Part shown: piece after piece, positions 28,401 to 38,224 of the stretch
Layout of the letters: the number at the start of each line of letters is the position of its first letter
How positions within the stretch are numbered: the stretch's first letter is position 1
NCBI GenBank assembly: GCA_003225055.1
Contig: QIAU01000167.1
Span: forward strand, 7,259 to 71,258
DNA length: 64,000 nucleotides
Direction: 5' to 3'
Source of the DNA: Acidobacteriota bacterium
Lineage (GTDB): Bacteria; Acidobacteriota; Terriglobia; Terriglobales; Acidobacteriaceae
Position numbers and translations under genes: made by a program
Notes under the pieces: generated by a model
What the model was told of the DNA's origin: nothing
Databases searched by the model: none
The model's input: only the letters and a program-made list of their open reading frames with translations

Positions 28401-29137
28401 AGTTCTCGAACGGGTTGCAGTTCCTGGCCACTTACACAAACTCGAAATCCATCGATGACTCTTCCGTAGGTGGAGGTGGCCTGACCTGGCTGGGCGGCTC
28501 GCTGAACCCCAACGGCGTCGGCAACATCCTTCCAGATCCGTACGATCACAGACGCGAGCGATCTTTATCGCAATTCGATATTTCACAGGTACTTCAATTC
28601 AGCTATGTGTATGAGCTTCCTATAGGGCGCGGGAAGAAATTAGGCGGCAACATGGGGCCAGTGCTGAATGCGATTGTGGGTGGGTGGCAAACCAATGGCA
28701 TCTGGCGTTTCGACACGGGTCAACCGATCATTCTGTTCCTCAATGGAGGTACGGGCATCCCGACATTTGCTCCGCCACGGCCAGACCTGCTCGCGCCACT
28801 AAAACGAGCGCCCGGGCTCAATCTCAACCAATACTTCGCTAATCCGGAGGTGGCGGTCGCTCCCGCTCCTTACACCTTTGGCACAGCGCCCAAAGTCCTG
28901 CCCAATGTGCGGGCGCCAGGCACCAGGACGGGCGCTCTGTCCCTTTTCAAGGAGTTTGGCCTCGCGCCACTGCGGGAAGGCGCGCGGCTCGAATTTCGCG
29001 TCGAGGCGTTCAATGCCTTTAACCACCCTCAGTTCGCCGCGCCAGCCTCCACTGTGGGAAATGGCGATTTCGGCCAAATCACGAAACAGGCTAACTCGCC
29101 GCGCGCCATGCAACTCGCCCTCAAGCTTTACTGGTAA
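25439..29137 (+). CDS. TonB-dependent receptor, carboxypeptidase-regulatory-like domain plus plug and 22-strand barrel
   Basis: About 1230 aa. Signal peptide, CarbopepD_reg N-domain (YVLLALPPSTYNMRVEAPGF), a TonB-box/plug region, and C-terminal FNAFNHPQF...LKLYW. Coordinates taken from the inferred ATG at 25439, where the ORF-track ORF begins at 25385. Confidence 0.85.
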   Translation: MKRLPPRLSRRARICAYLISISVPLLLLAQAEAQLYTGSITGLVQDPSGAVVPRASVVLTDVDKAVKYSTTTDSSGRYVLLALPPSTYNMRVEAPGFRTAVQSGIIIVVNQNLTLNVPLQVGKTSETIEVTGQAPVLATEDAVTGQNLDRKVINDLPLVGRSVFDLALLTPGVTQPAGNTFGPNTMANNFISDGGRNAQADILIDGVSTVGVEQNTAIVNPLYTPSVDAVQEFKVQQSNFSAEVGFTAGTVVNVVSRSGTNNFHGSLYEFLRNDKLNANNYFNDQAHIPIAPIRWNEFGGTVGGPIIRNRTFFFFDYEGSRESASVTKDAGVPSVAERAGDFGELCGYAGGTFDSTGMCSAAAGQIWDPYSGVFKPDKGGPVRSTPIPYDNLATYTSQGNTNIAALHPIPNGPGNIIDPVAFKMIQLYPLPNLNVGTSSYNNLHNWVGTGADKNRNDQFDIKIDHQFSAASTLSAKFSYQSGYNKPANLFGNVGDAYSSGFSNGSAKLLALNFTHTFSPKTLLTVSLGLTRQHSFDHGGSAADFPNFDPVKDLGMPSYIEANGIKAAPSVSVYGGYGMEGGNNSIGTQAWTYLKYAQETHHLIGSLSHTTGRHELKFGVEGRLHRVNIFFPGVPAGTYSFDVNSTSQAPWDGSGDAMAGFMIGAGGPSNWGAYEMDYAAATHNWNVGSFVQDNWRATDKLTLNIGLRYDLDLPRTERYNRISRLDLTSPSPLQVPGMGPLKGGLQFANNNQPRPYDINYHGWGPRFGFAYKLRSTTVVRGGYGIYYTQNKGAAAGTGISDQGFVEQTNWLNTYHNDGATPWSFLSDPFHGGPRPPTGSSLGLLTDIGFNIAGPIRTRNARPYEQTWSFGLQHQLPARIVVEGNYVGKKGTHLYFGNAGSVDILSQAQAAAYAQNPGYYNAPVRNPFSGIVTDPNSGLYGFSSPDCPSTSCVQRWTLMTPYPQFTSITATDPPWASSIYHALQLRAEKQFSNGLQFLATYTNSKSIDDSSVGGGGLTWLGGSLNPNGVGNILPDPYDHRRERSLSQFDISQVLQFSYVYELPIGRGKKLGGNMGPVLNAIVGGWQTNGIWRFDTGQPIILFLNGGTGIPTFAPPRPDLLAPLKRAPGLNLNQYFANPEVAVAPAPYTFGTAPKVLPNVRAPGTRTGALSLFKEFGLAPLREGARLEFRVEAFNAFNHPQFAAPASTVGNGDFGQITKQANSPRAMQLALKLYW

Positions 29138-29169
29138 GATGCAAGCCTGAACCGGTCACGGTAAAACTG

Positions 29170-31911
29170 TTGCCGGTTTGGGCTTCACGCATCGCTTCCT
29201 TGGTTGTGAGAAGACTAGCCGCAAAAACAGTCGTCGCACTCTGCCTATACACTGGCGCTACCGGCGTGTTTGCGCCGGGCCAAAGCAAGCCTCGGGACGC
29301 TTACACCCAGGCGGCCTCCGCGTTCCAGCAGGGACAGCTGGATCAAGCTGAGCAGGTGTTGCGCACAGCTCTCGGTGTGGAACCAGAGAGGCCGGATCTG
29401 CTCGGTCTGCTCGGCGTTGTTCTAGACGCGAAGCAGGAATATCAGCAAGCAGAGCCATTCCACGAGCGGGCGTTGCACTTGGCGCCGCGCTCCGCTGGTC
29501 TGTGGAACAACCTCGGCAACCATTACGTTGCGTGGGGAAAGGACGCTAAGGCCCGAAGCGCATTTGTCCACGTTTTGGCTATCGAGCCCGCACATACAAA
29601 CGCCAACCTGCAACTTGCAAAAATCGCCCTCTCTGAGCAGCAGCCCGTCCAAGCCTTGCATTACCTGGAAAATTTGCAAGCGTCGGACCAGAGCGACAAC
29701 GCCGTCGAACTGCTGCGAGCACGCTGCCTCCATTTGGCGGGACAACCTGATCGAGCCTTGTCGATTGTGGACCGGCTTGAGCAAGATCCGGCTGGCGACG
29801 AACGTCTTCAGTTCTCGTTGGGAGTCATGCTGGCAGAGTGGAGGAACTATGAAAGAGCAGAAGATGCGTTTTCACGGGCACTAAAGGCACACCCCGCCAA
29901 CCTCGAAATCCTTCACAACCTGGGCCTGGCGGCGCTGCGTGCTGGTCACTTGGAGCGCGCGCAGAGAGTTTTCGAAATTGCGGTGCAGCAAAATCCGGAT
30001 GACGCAGAGTCGGTTTTCAACCTTGGACAAGTTTATGTGGCCAAGGGCGACACCGAAACGGCGTTGGTTTTCTTGGCGCGGGCGCGGCGAATGGCTCCCG
30101 ACAGAGCCGATCTGCTTCTATATCTGGCCGAAAGATATGAGGACGCTGGTTTTTTCAGCGGCGCAGCGCATGCCTATGAAGAATACCTTAAAGTAAAGCC
30201 AGATGATCATACCGCCCGGCGGGAACGAGGCTTTGCATACTGCCGCTTTGGCAGGACGCGCACCGCACTGCCGGATCTGGAATGGTATATCAAAGAGTAC
30301 CCGCGTGATCCGGTTGGCCACTTTGAGCTCGGACTGTGTGAAACCCTTGGCGATGCGAGCGTGGCCTTGCAGCACCTCGACGAAGCTCTCCGTTTGAAAC
30401 CAGATTTCACGCTAGCCAGGCATGCCCGCGGCCGGCTGCGGCTACAGGATGGAAAGTGGCCCGAAGCCCTGCCCGACTTGAAATCCGTGGTTGAGCGTGA
30501 GCCGAACAACGCGATGGCGCTTTTTCACCTTGGGCAAGCTTACCTGGGGTTGGGGCAGCCGGCCGATGCGCTCCCATTCCTCCGCCGGGCACGGGAGCTA
30601 GCTCCCGAGGATCGAGGAGTGCTGACGCAGCTCTATCGCGCATTGCGGAGCTTGGGGCAGAAGCAAGAGGCTGCGGCCGTACTCGAGAAACTGAAAACCG
30701 CGAAGCCAGATTCCTCGGCTGCGAAGGCCACGGCCCGGGTCTTCGACTACCAAGGTCTGGACCCTGCCGAGCAACGAGAACGTTTCCGGCGTAACCTGAC
30801 GAGCGCGTTGGCCACAGATCCTGCTGATCCGGAATTGAAAGTTCAGATGGGAACGTTGCTCCTCAGCGACGGCAAGACGGAGGAGGCCCTGACCGCTTTC
30901 CGCGAGGCCCTGGCCCTGTCGCCGGGAACCGAGGTATTGCAGGAGGGTGCAACCGCACTGATGGAAAATCACCAATACGGCCTGGCTCGCGAATTTCTCA
31001 CTCGGCTTGTAGCCACAGATCCTTCCATTGACAACCGCGTCGACCTGGCGGCTGCTATCTTTCGTTCAGCCGGTCCCGAGGCCGGCTTGGCCGAACTCGA
31101 GCAGATTCCCGTGAAGGATCGCAACGGCGACGTCTATCTGTTGAAGGCTCAGGTGCTCGATGCATTGGGACGATTCGAGGACGCGGCCGACTCCCTAAAC
31201 TCAGGCTTCCGCAGGGAGCCGACGCGGGCTCAACTGTACTTCTGGGCAACTTTGTTCTTGCTCAAGCACAAGAGGGATCAACAGGCGTTACAGTTGCTGG
31301 AACAGGCGACCAAGACATTGCCCAATGAAACCGACCTTCTCCTGACCAAGGCCGTCGTTCTGGAACTGGTTAGAAAGACTGAGCAGGCCGACGAGCTGCT
31401 GAAGGAGATTCAGTCGCGGCGGCCGGAATGGGGCCGAACTTATCTGATTCGGGGCATTATTCAGGCAACCCATCGAAGACCTCAAGAAGCTTTGCAGTCT
31501 TTCCGAACTGCGATTGAGCTGGGAGAAAAAACCGCGATTGCCTATTACTATCTGGCGGATCTAACCCGCATGGCGACGCCTGGAGATAAGGACGCGATCC
31601 GACAAGCAATCTCGGAAGCTCTCCGCCTCGATCCCAATGACGCCGCCTCCCATGCCTTAGCGGGGAAGATTGCGCTCGAAGCCGAAGAGCCGGCGCGGGC
31701 CGCCGAGGAACTGAAAGAGGCGATCCGATTAAGGCCGAACTTGGCCGAAGCACATTATTCTTTGATGATTGCTTTTAGAAAACTAGGCCGTGAAAATGAT
31801 GCGATGGCGGAGTCGGAAATATTCAGCCAAATCCGTAAACAAGATCCCGACTCCCAAGACGATTCCACGGACATTCGACAGATGTTGCTGGCAGATGATG
31901 GATCGCGCTAG
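29170..31911 (+). CDS. Tetratricopeptide-repeat protein (secreted)
   Basis: 913 aa of tandem TPR-like helical repeats. The true start is probably the GTG/TTG near 29197-29203, which gives the signal peptide RRLAAKTVVALCLYTGATGVFA. Confidence 0.8.
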   Translation: MPVWASRIASLVVRRLAAKTVVALCLYTGATGVFAPGQSKPRDAYTQAASAFQQGQLDQAEQVLRTALGVEPERPDLLGLLGVVLDAKQEYQQAEPFHERALHLAPRSAGLWNNLGNHYVAWGKDAKARSAFVHVLAIEPAHTNANLQLAKIALSEQQPVQALHYLENLQASDQSDNAVELLRARCLHLAGQPDRALSIVDRLEQDPAGDERLQFSLGVMLAEWRNYERAEDAFSRALKAHPANLEILHNLGLAALRAGHLERAQRVFEIAVQQNPDDAESVFNLGQVYVAKGDTETALVFLARARRMAPDRADLLLYLAERYEDAGFFSGAAHAYEEYLKVKPDDHTARRERGFAYCRFGRTRTALPDLEWYIKEYPRDPVGHFELGLCETLGDASVALQHLDEALRLKPDFTLARHARGRLRLQDGKWPEALPDLKSVVEREPNNAMALFHLGQAYLGLGQPADALPFLRRARELAPEDRGVLTQLYRALRSLGQKQEAAAVLEKLKTAKPDSSAAKATARVFDYQGLDPAEQRERFRRNLTSALATDPADPELKVQMGTLLLSDGKTEEALTAFREALALSPGTEVLQEGATALMENHQYGLAREFLTRLVATDPSIDNRVDLAAAIFRSAGPEAGLAELEQIPVKDRNGDVYLLKAQVLDALGRFEDAADSLNSGFRREPTRAQLYFWATLFLLKHKRDQQALQLLEQATKTLPNETDLLLTKAVVLELVRKTEQADELLKEIQSRRPEWGRTYLIRGIIQATHRRPQEALQSFRTAIELGEKTAIAYYYLADLTRMATPGDKDAIRQAISEALRLDPNDAASHALAGKIALEAEEPARAAEELKEAIRLRPNLAEAHYSLMIAFRKLGRENDAMAESEIFSQIRKQDPDSQDDSTDIRQMLLADDGSR

Positions 31912-32017
31912 GAGTTTCTTGACCTGATGTTGCAGGACTGTCAAGGTGGAGTTTCCTTTCGAAGCCTTGGTGCTTGCCGTGCCATTTCGGAAGCTGGCCA
32001 CGCGAAGGGGCGCTGGC

Positions 32018-33739
32018 CTATTCGGGCCTTTCTGCAGTTTCGTTCACGCTGGGCTCCACAATCTTATGATATTGCTTCAGCTCAAGTCTCGAAAGCCGTT
32101 GTGTAGTTCCACTGGGCCAGCGGATTTCGGCAGCGACCCTCGTCAACCTAGAATCACCGGGGATCGCGACAAGGACGCGCTTGTCATGCGACGAAAGGTA
32201 ACTGGCGCCGCCGGTGATCCAACGAACTAGTTTTCGCTTTCCCACCTCGACCGTGATCTTCGCGCCGATCGCATCGCGATTGCTTTTCCTTCCCTGAAGT
32301 TCAAAGCCCACCCAGTTGTGCTTCTGGCCGACGTTATTGTGCAGGAGCACCGGTTTCCCGTTGAGGCGCGTGAATACCGCGTCTATTCCGCCGTCGTTGT
32401 CGAAATCCCCGATGGCAAGGCCGCGAGCAATCTGACCCGATTGAAATGCCGGGCCGGCTTGCTCCCGCATGTCCCGGAAAACTCCCTTTCCATCGTTGTG
32501 GAGAAGGAGGGGGCGTTCTCTGTACTTCACATCCACGCGTGTCGTCTCGATCACTTGGTTTATGTGCCCATTTACGATCATTAGATCCAGGTTCCCGTCG
32601 TTGTCATAATCCAGGAACTTCGTTCCCCAGCCTACGTACGATCTTGAGTATTCCGCCAAGTGGGAAGCGATCGTGTGGTCCAGATAGGGCAATTTTACGG
32701 AGCCGAGAAACAACGAGTGGTATTGGTCATTGAAATTCGTGACGACGAAATCCGGAACGCCATCCCCATTCACGTCCGCTGCATCCACGCCCATTCCAGC
32801 TTTGGCGACACCGGCCGGATCATAAGCGACTTCCGCATCGAGCGCCACGTCCTTGAATGTGCCGTCCTTTTGATTTATCAGAAGCAGATTTGGAGAGGCG
32901 TCGCGGGCGACGAAAAGGTCGGGCCAGCCATCGTCGTTTACGTCAATAGCGACAACTCCGAGTGCGCGACCTTCGAATTTCTCCAACCCGGATGGCGTGC
33001 TCACATTGGTAAACGTTCCATCCCCATTATTGCGGTAGAGGGTGAGTGGCATGCCTTGATAAGCCACTTGCTGACAATAGGAGCGCACCCCACTGACTTC
33101 ACACCTCTTGGGATTTTCGAAGGAAAATTGGACATAGTTCGTGATGACGAGGTCCAGGTAGCCATCCCGATCGTAGTCGAACCAAGCTGCGCTCGCCGCC
33201 CATCTGCCCGCATTCTTCACTCCGGCTTTCTCACTCACTTCCGTGAAAGTTCCGTCGCCATTATTATGGAAGAGCGCACTCGCCGGATAACCGGTTACGT
33301 ACAAATCTGGAAAGCCGTCATTATCGAAATCACCTACGGCCACTCCCATTCCATAGAACTTCGGGCCATCCACTCCGGCCTTGCCGGCCACGTCTTGGAA
33401 CTTTCCGTTCCCGAGATTGCGATACAGCGCATTGCGAACCGGAACCGCGCTCTTGCCGCCCGGGGTTTCGCCCCCGTTCACGAAGAAAATGTCTACTAAT
33501 CCATCGTCGTCGAAATCGAGGAAGGCGACGCCGCCTCCCATGGTTTCGATCAAGAAGCGATCTGGGGATTCGCCGCTAAACTGATGCCAGGCAATGCCGG
33601 CTTGGCCTGTAACGTCGCTAAAAATCTCTTCCCGATTCGGAGATGCCTCTGAACGGTACGACGACGACTGTAAGCAAATAAGCGCGATTCCAAGGAAACA
33701 CGAACAACGACACAGTTCTCTGGAAAACCCTAATTCCAT
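32018..33739 (-). CDS. ASPIC/UnbV-domain protein with FG-GAP/VCBS beta-propeller repeats (CRTAC1-like)
   Basis: 573 aa. Repeated FG-GAP-type DxDGDGxxD motifs (FDDDGLVDIFF, FDNDGFPDLYV, DYDRDGYLDLV, VNDDGWPDLFV, VNGDGVPDFVV) and a C-terminal UnbV_ASPIC-like region. Confidence 0.75.
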   Translation of the reverse strand: MELGFSRELCRCSCFLGIALICLQSSSYRSEASPNREEIFSDVTGQAGIAWHQFSGESPDRFLIETMGGGVAFLDFDDDGLVDIFFVNGGETPGGKSAVPVRNALYRNLGNGKFQDVAGKAGVDGPKFYGMGVAVGDFDNDGFPDLYVTGYPASALFHNNGDGTFTEVSEKAGVKNAGRWAASAAWFDYDRDGYLDLVITNYVQFSFENPKRCEVSGVRSYCQQVAYQGMPLTLYRNNGDGTFTNVSTPSGLEKFEGRALGVVAIDVNDDGWPDLFVARDASPNLLLINQKDGTFKDVALDAEVAYDPAGVAKAGMGVDAADVNGDGVPDFVVTNFNDQYHSLFLGSVKLPYLDHTIASHLAEYSRSYVGWGTKFLDYDNDGNLDLMIVNGHINQVIETTRVDVKYRERPLLLHNDGKGVFRDMREQAGPAFQSGQIARGLAIGDFDNDGGIDAVFTRLNGKPVLLHNNVGQKHNWVGFELQGRKSNRDAIGAKITVEVGKRKLVRWITGGASYLSSHDKRVLVAIPGDSRLTRVAAEIRWPSGTTQRLSRLELKQYHKIVEPSVNETAERPE

Positions 33740-33744
33740 AGGTC

Positions 33745-35322
33745 TTAGTCTTGAGGCCGGGGCTGTGCTTCAGCTCCTGCGGCGTCCTTCAGCTGCTGAT
33801 AGAGGTCCATCTCATGCGCAGCTGTTTCTGACCTCCCCAGGCGACGGTACGTCCTGGACAAAGCAAAATGAACTCCCGCCAGGTTCGAGTCGAGCCTTTC
33901 GGCTTCTTCGAGATGGTGCAAGGCTTCCGCCGCACGGCCCCTTTTCAAGGCGAGATTTCCGAGCTGATAATGCGCCTCAGGCAACGAGCGATCGAGAGTC
34001 AGTGCCGATTGGAGCAACTCTACAGCGCGCGCTTCTGCGGCTGCGTCGCCGGTTTCGGCTTCCTTCAACAATATCAAGGCATATTGGATCCGGAGGTTAC
34101 CATTCCTGGGAAATCGTTGAATAGCGACTTCGAAGCTGCCATTGGCCTCTTTGTTCATTCCCGCCCCGAATTGGGCTTGGGCGAGTCCCAGACGGGCATC
34201 CAGATCGCCCGAATCGAGTTTGAGCGCACGGCCATAGGAAGCTATGGCATCAGTGAACTGGCTCATCCTCATTTCTATTGAACCCCTCAGCGAGAACGCA
34301 TTAGGGCTGTTCGGAAATGCGCTGGTCTCCCGTTTGGCGATACCGAGAGCAGCAGGAAGCAAATGCTGAGCGAGAAGAATCCTTCCCAGATCAACATAGT
34401 TCGACTCCTGCCCAGGCGCCAGACGAATCGCCTCTTCGAGTACGCGAACGGCCTCTTGCGTCTGGTTCTGTTTCGCATAACACCATGCGAGCAAGTTGAG
34501 AATGTCGCCGGATTGGTAGCCCGCCGCGGAGAGACTGAGCAGAGTTCGCTGGCTTTCTTCGAACCGATGGGCGTGATATTGGACGAGGGCGAGGCGGTAG
34601 CCCAATGTGGGTTGGTCAGCCGGACCCGCCTTTATCGAGTCGAGCAGCATTTCGGCAGCGGTGTAGTCCCCCGCTTCATCGGCGATCTGCCCTCCGAGGA
34701 GAATTCCCTCTGTGCCCGCGGGGTGGGTCAGCAATTCTTCGAGTGTACTGCGCGCATTCTCTGTCGCACCGGTGCGGTAGTAGGACCTGGCCAGAGCGGC
34801 GATTGACTGTGGCCGCTCGCGTACCTCTGCGGGTACAGAAGAGAGCATCTTGACTGCCGTCGTGTAGTCCTTCATGTTTTCTGAAACCATTCCTAAGAGC
34901 AGCCGGCTTGGCCTATCATCCGGTCTTTCCTTCAGAATCCTCTCCAGGTTTTGCTTTGCCTGGGCATAGCGATGCAGCTGCCAGAGATTGGCCGCCAGAT
35001 AGCGGCGGGAAGTCGAATCGCGGGGGTCGATCGTAAGCGTGCGCTCCAGGACGGTTGTGGACTCCTCAAGCCTGCCCTCCATGGCAAGTACAGTACCCAG
35101 ACTGGCCAGGAATCGCGCGTTCCCCGGGGCGAGCTGTACGGCCCTTCGAAGCTCGGACTCGGCTTGTACGAGATCACCGCCCTCAGCTAGTTGCAATCCT
35201 TTGTCCGCGTGCGTTGCAGCTGCGCCTCGTTGGTCCGCCCCATAGGCGTTTTCGGTTACGGGACGAGATTGGAAAGCCGTCAGCAGAAGAGCGAACGCGC
35301 CGAGCTTCAGACTGATGCGCAT
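33745..35322 (-). CDS. Tetratricopeptide-repeat protein (secreted)
   Basis: 525 aa. Signal peptide MRISLKLGAFALLLTAFQS followed by TPR repeats. Its stop lies 3 nt before the ASPIC start, so the two are co-transcribed. Confidence 0.8.
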   Translation of the reverse strand: MRISLKLGAFALLLTAFQSRPVTENAYGADQRGAAATHADKGLQLAEGGDLVQAESELRRAVQLAPGNARFLASLGTVLAMEGRLEESTTVLERTLTIDPRDSTSRRYLAANLWQLHRYAQAKQNLERILKERPDDRPSRLLLGMVSENMKDYTTAVKMLSSVPAEVRERPQSIAALARSYYRTGATENARSTLEELLTHPAGTEGILLGGQIADEAGDYTAAEMLLDSIKAGPADQPTLGYRLALVQYHAHRFEESQRTLLSLSAAGYQSGDILNLLAWCYAKQNQTQEAVRVLEEAIRLAPGQESNYVDLGRILLAQHLLPAALGIAKRETSAFPNSPNAFSLRGSIEMRMSQFTDAIASYGRALKLDSGDLDARLGLAQAQFGAGMNKEANGSFEVAIQRFPRNGNLRIQYALILLKEAETGDAAAEARAVELLQSALTLDRSLPEAHYQLGNLALKRGRAAEALHHLEEAERLDSNLAGVHFALSRTYRRLGRSETAAHEMDLYQQLKDAAGAEAQPRPQD

Positions 35323-35372
35323 GGCAATTCGGAATGCGGCCCCGATGGCGCAGCAGCCGCAACTTTATTTCA

Positions 35373-36611
35373 TCAATGCGTTTGCCAGTAAGCCTGGTGG
35401 CCGATGTAGTCGTCGTCGGCCAAGTTCGCGATGATTAGACGCCTGACCTCCAGCGGGTTGATCGTACCTTGACGCTTGTAGACGACTTGTCCCCCAGGCC
35501 GAATCAGCATTGTATAAGGAACTGCAGCGTTCCAATCGGCATCGAATGCTGCCAGCAGCGAATAGATGTCAGTAGAGCCCAGCAGAAGGTTTCGGCTTGT
35601 GGCATGTAGTCTATTCAGCCGAGAAAGCACGCCCGCCTTCTCGTCTGGATAGTTGATGCTGACAGTAACCAGCTCAAAGGCGCGGTGACCATACATGCGA
35701 TAAATGGTCTGGAAATCCGGCATCTCCTTTTGACACGGGCCACACCACGTTGCCCAGAAATTCACCAGCAGCAACTTACCCGTCGAGTTCTTCCGCAACT
35801 TTGTCAGTTCCTCAGCATTAACCAGTTGGAGCGGTACGGGCTTGCTTTCGATTTCCGCAAGTTCTTCTTCGCGTCCCTCTTCTTTATAGAGCCATTTCGT
35901 GGAGCAGCCCACCGAGGGTGTTTTCGCCAAAGCAATTTGTCTTCCCGCAAGCAGAGAATCAATGGCGTTTCGCGCGTCCCGGCTGGTGACCAAGGGCTCG
36001 CGCGGATTGTTATCGACGCGCCCTTGATAACGAAGCTTACGCTCGGCATCAAAAATGAAAAGATGCGGAGTCGCGGTCGGCCCATATGCCCGTGCCACTT
36101 TCTGGGTCTCTCCGTCGTAAAGGTAGGGAAAATTGAACTGGCGATACGCCGCCCGCACCTTCATCTCATCGAAAGAGTCGCCAACGTCCGTGTATCCCAT
36201 CTCGTCCAACCTCACGGCCCTCGGACTATTGGGTTGGATTGCAACCAGCGCGACGCCGCGTTCGGCATAATCGGCGGCCAGCTGCTTGATACGACTCTCA
36301 TACAGTTGGGCAGTGGGGCAGTGATTACAGGTAAATGCTATGACCAGAACTTTGCTGGCCGAATAGTCCTTCAGACAATGCGCCTTTCCGTCAATGCCCG
36401 GCAGGCAGAAATCCGGAGCGGATGCCCCAACGGTCAGGGTTGGAGGTCCGGCTTCATCCGCGACCGCCGATACACCGCCTAGGACAAGGCTCAACAATGC
36501 AACACTGAAAAAAGCTACATTTTCTATGCTTCGGCCCCAGTCTGACGTCCGCTCACGTAAGCGATGCATCGTAGTGTGAATAGCCGGCTTTGCGAGGACT
36601 TCCATGGTCAC
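35373..36611 (-). CDS. Tandem thioredoxin-fold (TlpA/ResA-like redoxin) thiol-disulfide oxidoreductase
   Basis: 412 aa with two thioredoxin-like domains. The first has a CNHC motif (FTCNHCPTAQ). The second has the canonical WATWCGPCQ. The N-terminal TM/signal anchor suggests periplasmic location. Confidence 0.75.
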   Translation of the reverse strand: MTMEVLAKPAIHTTMHRLRERTSDWGRSIENVAFFSVALLSLVLGGVSAVADEAGPPTLTVGASAPDFCLPGIDGKAHCLKDYSASKVLVIAFTCNHCPTAQLYESRIKQLAADYAERGVALVAIQPNSPRAVRLDEMGYTDVGDSFDEMKVRAAYRQFNFPYLYDGETQKVARAYGPTATPHLFIFDAERKLRYQGRVDNNPREPLVTSRDARNAIDSLLAGRQIALAKTPSVGCSTKWLYKEEGREEELAEIESKPVPLQLVNAEELTKLRKNSTGKLLLVNFWATWCGPCQKEMPDFQTIYRMYGHRAFELVTVSINYPDEKAGVLSRLNRLHATSRNLLLGSTDIYSLLAAFDADWNAAVPYTMLIRPGGQVVYKRQGTINPLEVRRLIIANLADDDYIGHQAYWQTH

Positions 36612-36707
36612 AACGAAGGTCTTTCCGTAGCACGATAACGGGCCTGCATCCGATTTTCATTGCACGGGAGGATTCCTTGACAAACGCTTGCCGCTTTCCC
36701 AGGAGCA

Positions 36708-38147
36708 ATGGCGGCCAATAATAAAATAATACGTTTTGCGCTGCCGTTCACTTGTAATATTGTTCGACCCAATGGTCGCGCGATGCTGAAGAGCCACAGG
36801 TCCAGTGCGCTAAGAGCTAGATGGGTTTTGATGTTAACCATACTCGCGTCGAGCACGGGTGGTTGGGGTGCCCTGCTTCGGGCTGCAGTGACGACGGCCG
36901 ACATTACTCCTGCACCTGGCGCTCGCTTGTGGGGCTATAGCAGTCGAAAGAGCCCGGCCACAGGTACGCTCGACCCGCTCTATGCGCGTGTTCTGGTTCT
37001 CGAGACAGGCAGCCAAAGGCTCGCCGTGGTCAGTGTTGACCTGGGCAGGCCGTTCGGGCCGGCATCACTTCAGTGGCTTCGGAATGCAACTCGCAACGAT
37101 GTCTCTTTCCTCATTCTTACTGCAACCCATACGCATTCCGGTCCAGTAGTTCAGGACGACTACCCGGCAGGGAAGCCGGCATGGGAAACTGCCGCGCTTG
37201 AGAAAATCGCGGAAGCTGTAGCCAAAGCGTGCAAGAACCTCACCCAGGCCCAGATTGGCACTGGGTACGGAGTCGTGTTCATCGGTCACAACCGGCTTCG
37301 CGTCAACTCGGATGGCAGCGTGAGTTGGTTTGAGCGCAACCTCACTGAGATTCCCACGGCGCCGGTGGATGGCACGGTTTCCGTCTTGCGTATCGACCGA
37401 ATCGACGGGCAGCCGCTTGCGATTCTGGTGAACTACGCCTGCCATCCGGTGGTATTTGGCAGCGATAACCTTGAATACTCGGCCGACTTTCCGGCGGCCA
37501 TGGCGCGAACTGTCGAACAGGCATTTGCCACCAAACCCCTCTGCCTTTTTCTGCAAGGTGCGCCGGGCGACATAAATCCGTATTACGCAGTCACACCGAT
37601 TGAGCAGGGCGCCATGGCGATGCGCGATCAAGCGGGCCGCAGGTTGGGCCTGGAAGTGGTGCGCATCGCAGAGCAGATTCATACTAAACCGGATCCCAAC
37701 GCCGACATGCAATTCGCCGAGGATTTGGTGAGCGTTCGCCTGCGCTGGCAACCGGCGAAATGGCGTGAGGCGATGATAGCCGTTTTTGGGGCGACGGGAT
37801 CCGAGCCATTCACCCCAAAGTTAGAGAACATTCAGCTCCCAGTCACGACTGTCCTTATTAATAAAAAGATTGCGATCCTCTGCATGCCCGGCGAACCTTT
37901 TGTCGAGTATCAAATTGCGTGGCGCCAGCGATGCCCAGTGCCCGATGCATTCTTCGTCGGATACGCCAATGGCTATAACGGGTACTTCCCCACGATCCGA
38001 AGTGCCACTCTAGGTGGTTATGGCGCTGCCAACCCTGCCACTTGGGTCGAGGTTGGGGCTGGAGATCGAATGATCGACACCGGCGCCACCAGGATTCACT
38101 GGATGCTTGGTCATCTGCACGAGCTTCCCGAGGATTTCGCGAAGTGA
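36708..38147 (+). CDS. Neutral/alkaline ceramidase N-terminal-domain-like hydrolase, paralog 1
   Basis: 479 aa. Family-like motifs LDPLYARVLVLETGSQRLAVVSVDLGRPF and ILTATHTHSGP. The start may be the downstream MLKSHRSS... (signal-peptide-like). Confidence 0.55.
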   Translation: MAANNKIIRFALPFTCNIVRPNGRAMLKSHRSSALRARWVLMLTILASSTGGWGALLRAAVTTADITPAPGARLWGYSSRKSPATGTLDPLYARVLVLETGSQRLAVVSVDLGRPFGPASLQWLRNATRNDVSFLILTATHTHSGPVVQDDYPAGKPAWETAALEKIAEAVAKACKNLTQAQIGTGYGVVFIGHNRLRVNSDGSVSWFERNLTEIPTAPVDGTVSVLRIDRIDGQPLAILVNYACHPVVFGSDNLEYSADFPAAMARTVEQAFATKPLCLFLQGAPGDINPYYAVTPIEQGAMAMRDQAGRRLGLEVVRIAEQIHTKPDPNADMQFAEDLVSVRLRWQPAKWREAMIAVFGATGSEPFTPKLENIQLPVTTVLINKKIAILCMPGEPFVEYQIAWRQRCPVPDAFFVGYANGYNGYFPTIRSATLGGYGAANPATWVEVGAGDRMIDTGATRIHWMLGHLHELPEDFAK

Positions 38148-38224
38148 GGGAATTCAGAAAGCGTTCGATAGCGCGCCGTCCATTGCTGCAACAATTCCAG
38201 CGAGGGGACAAAAATGCTTTGTGT

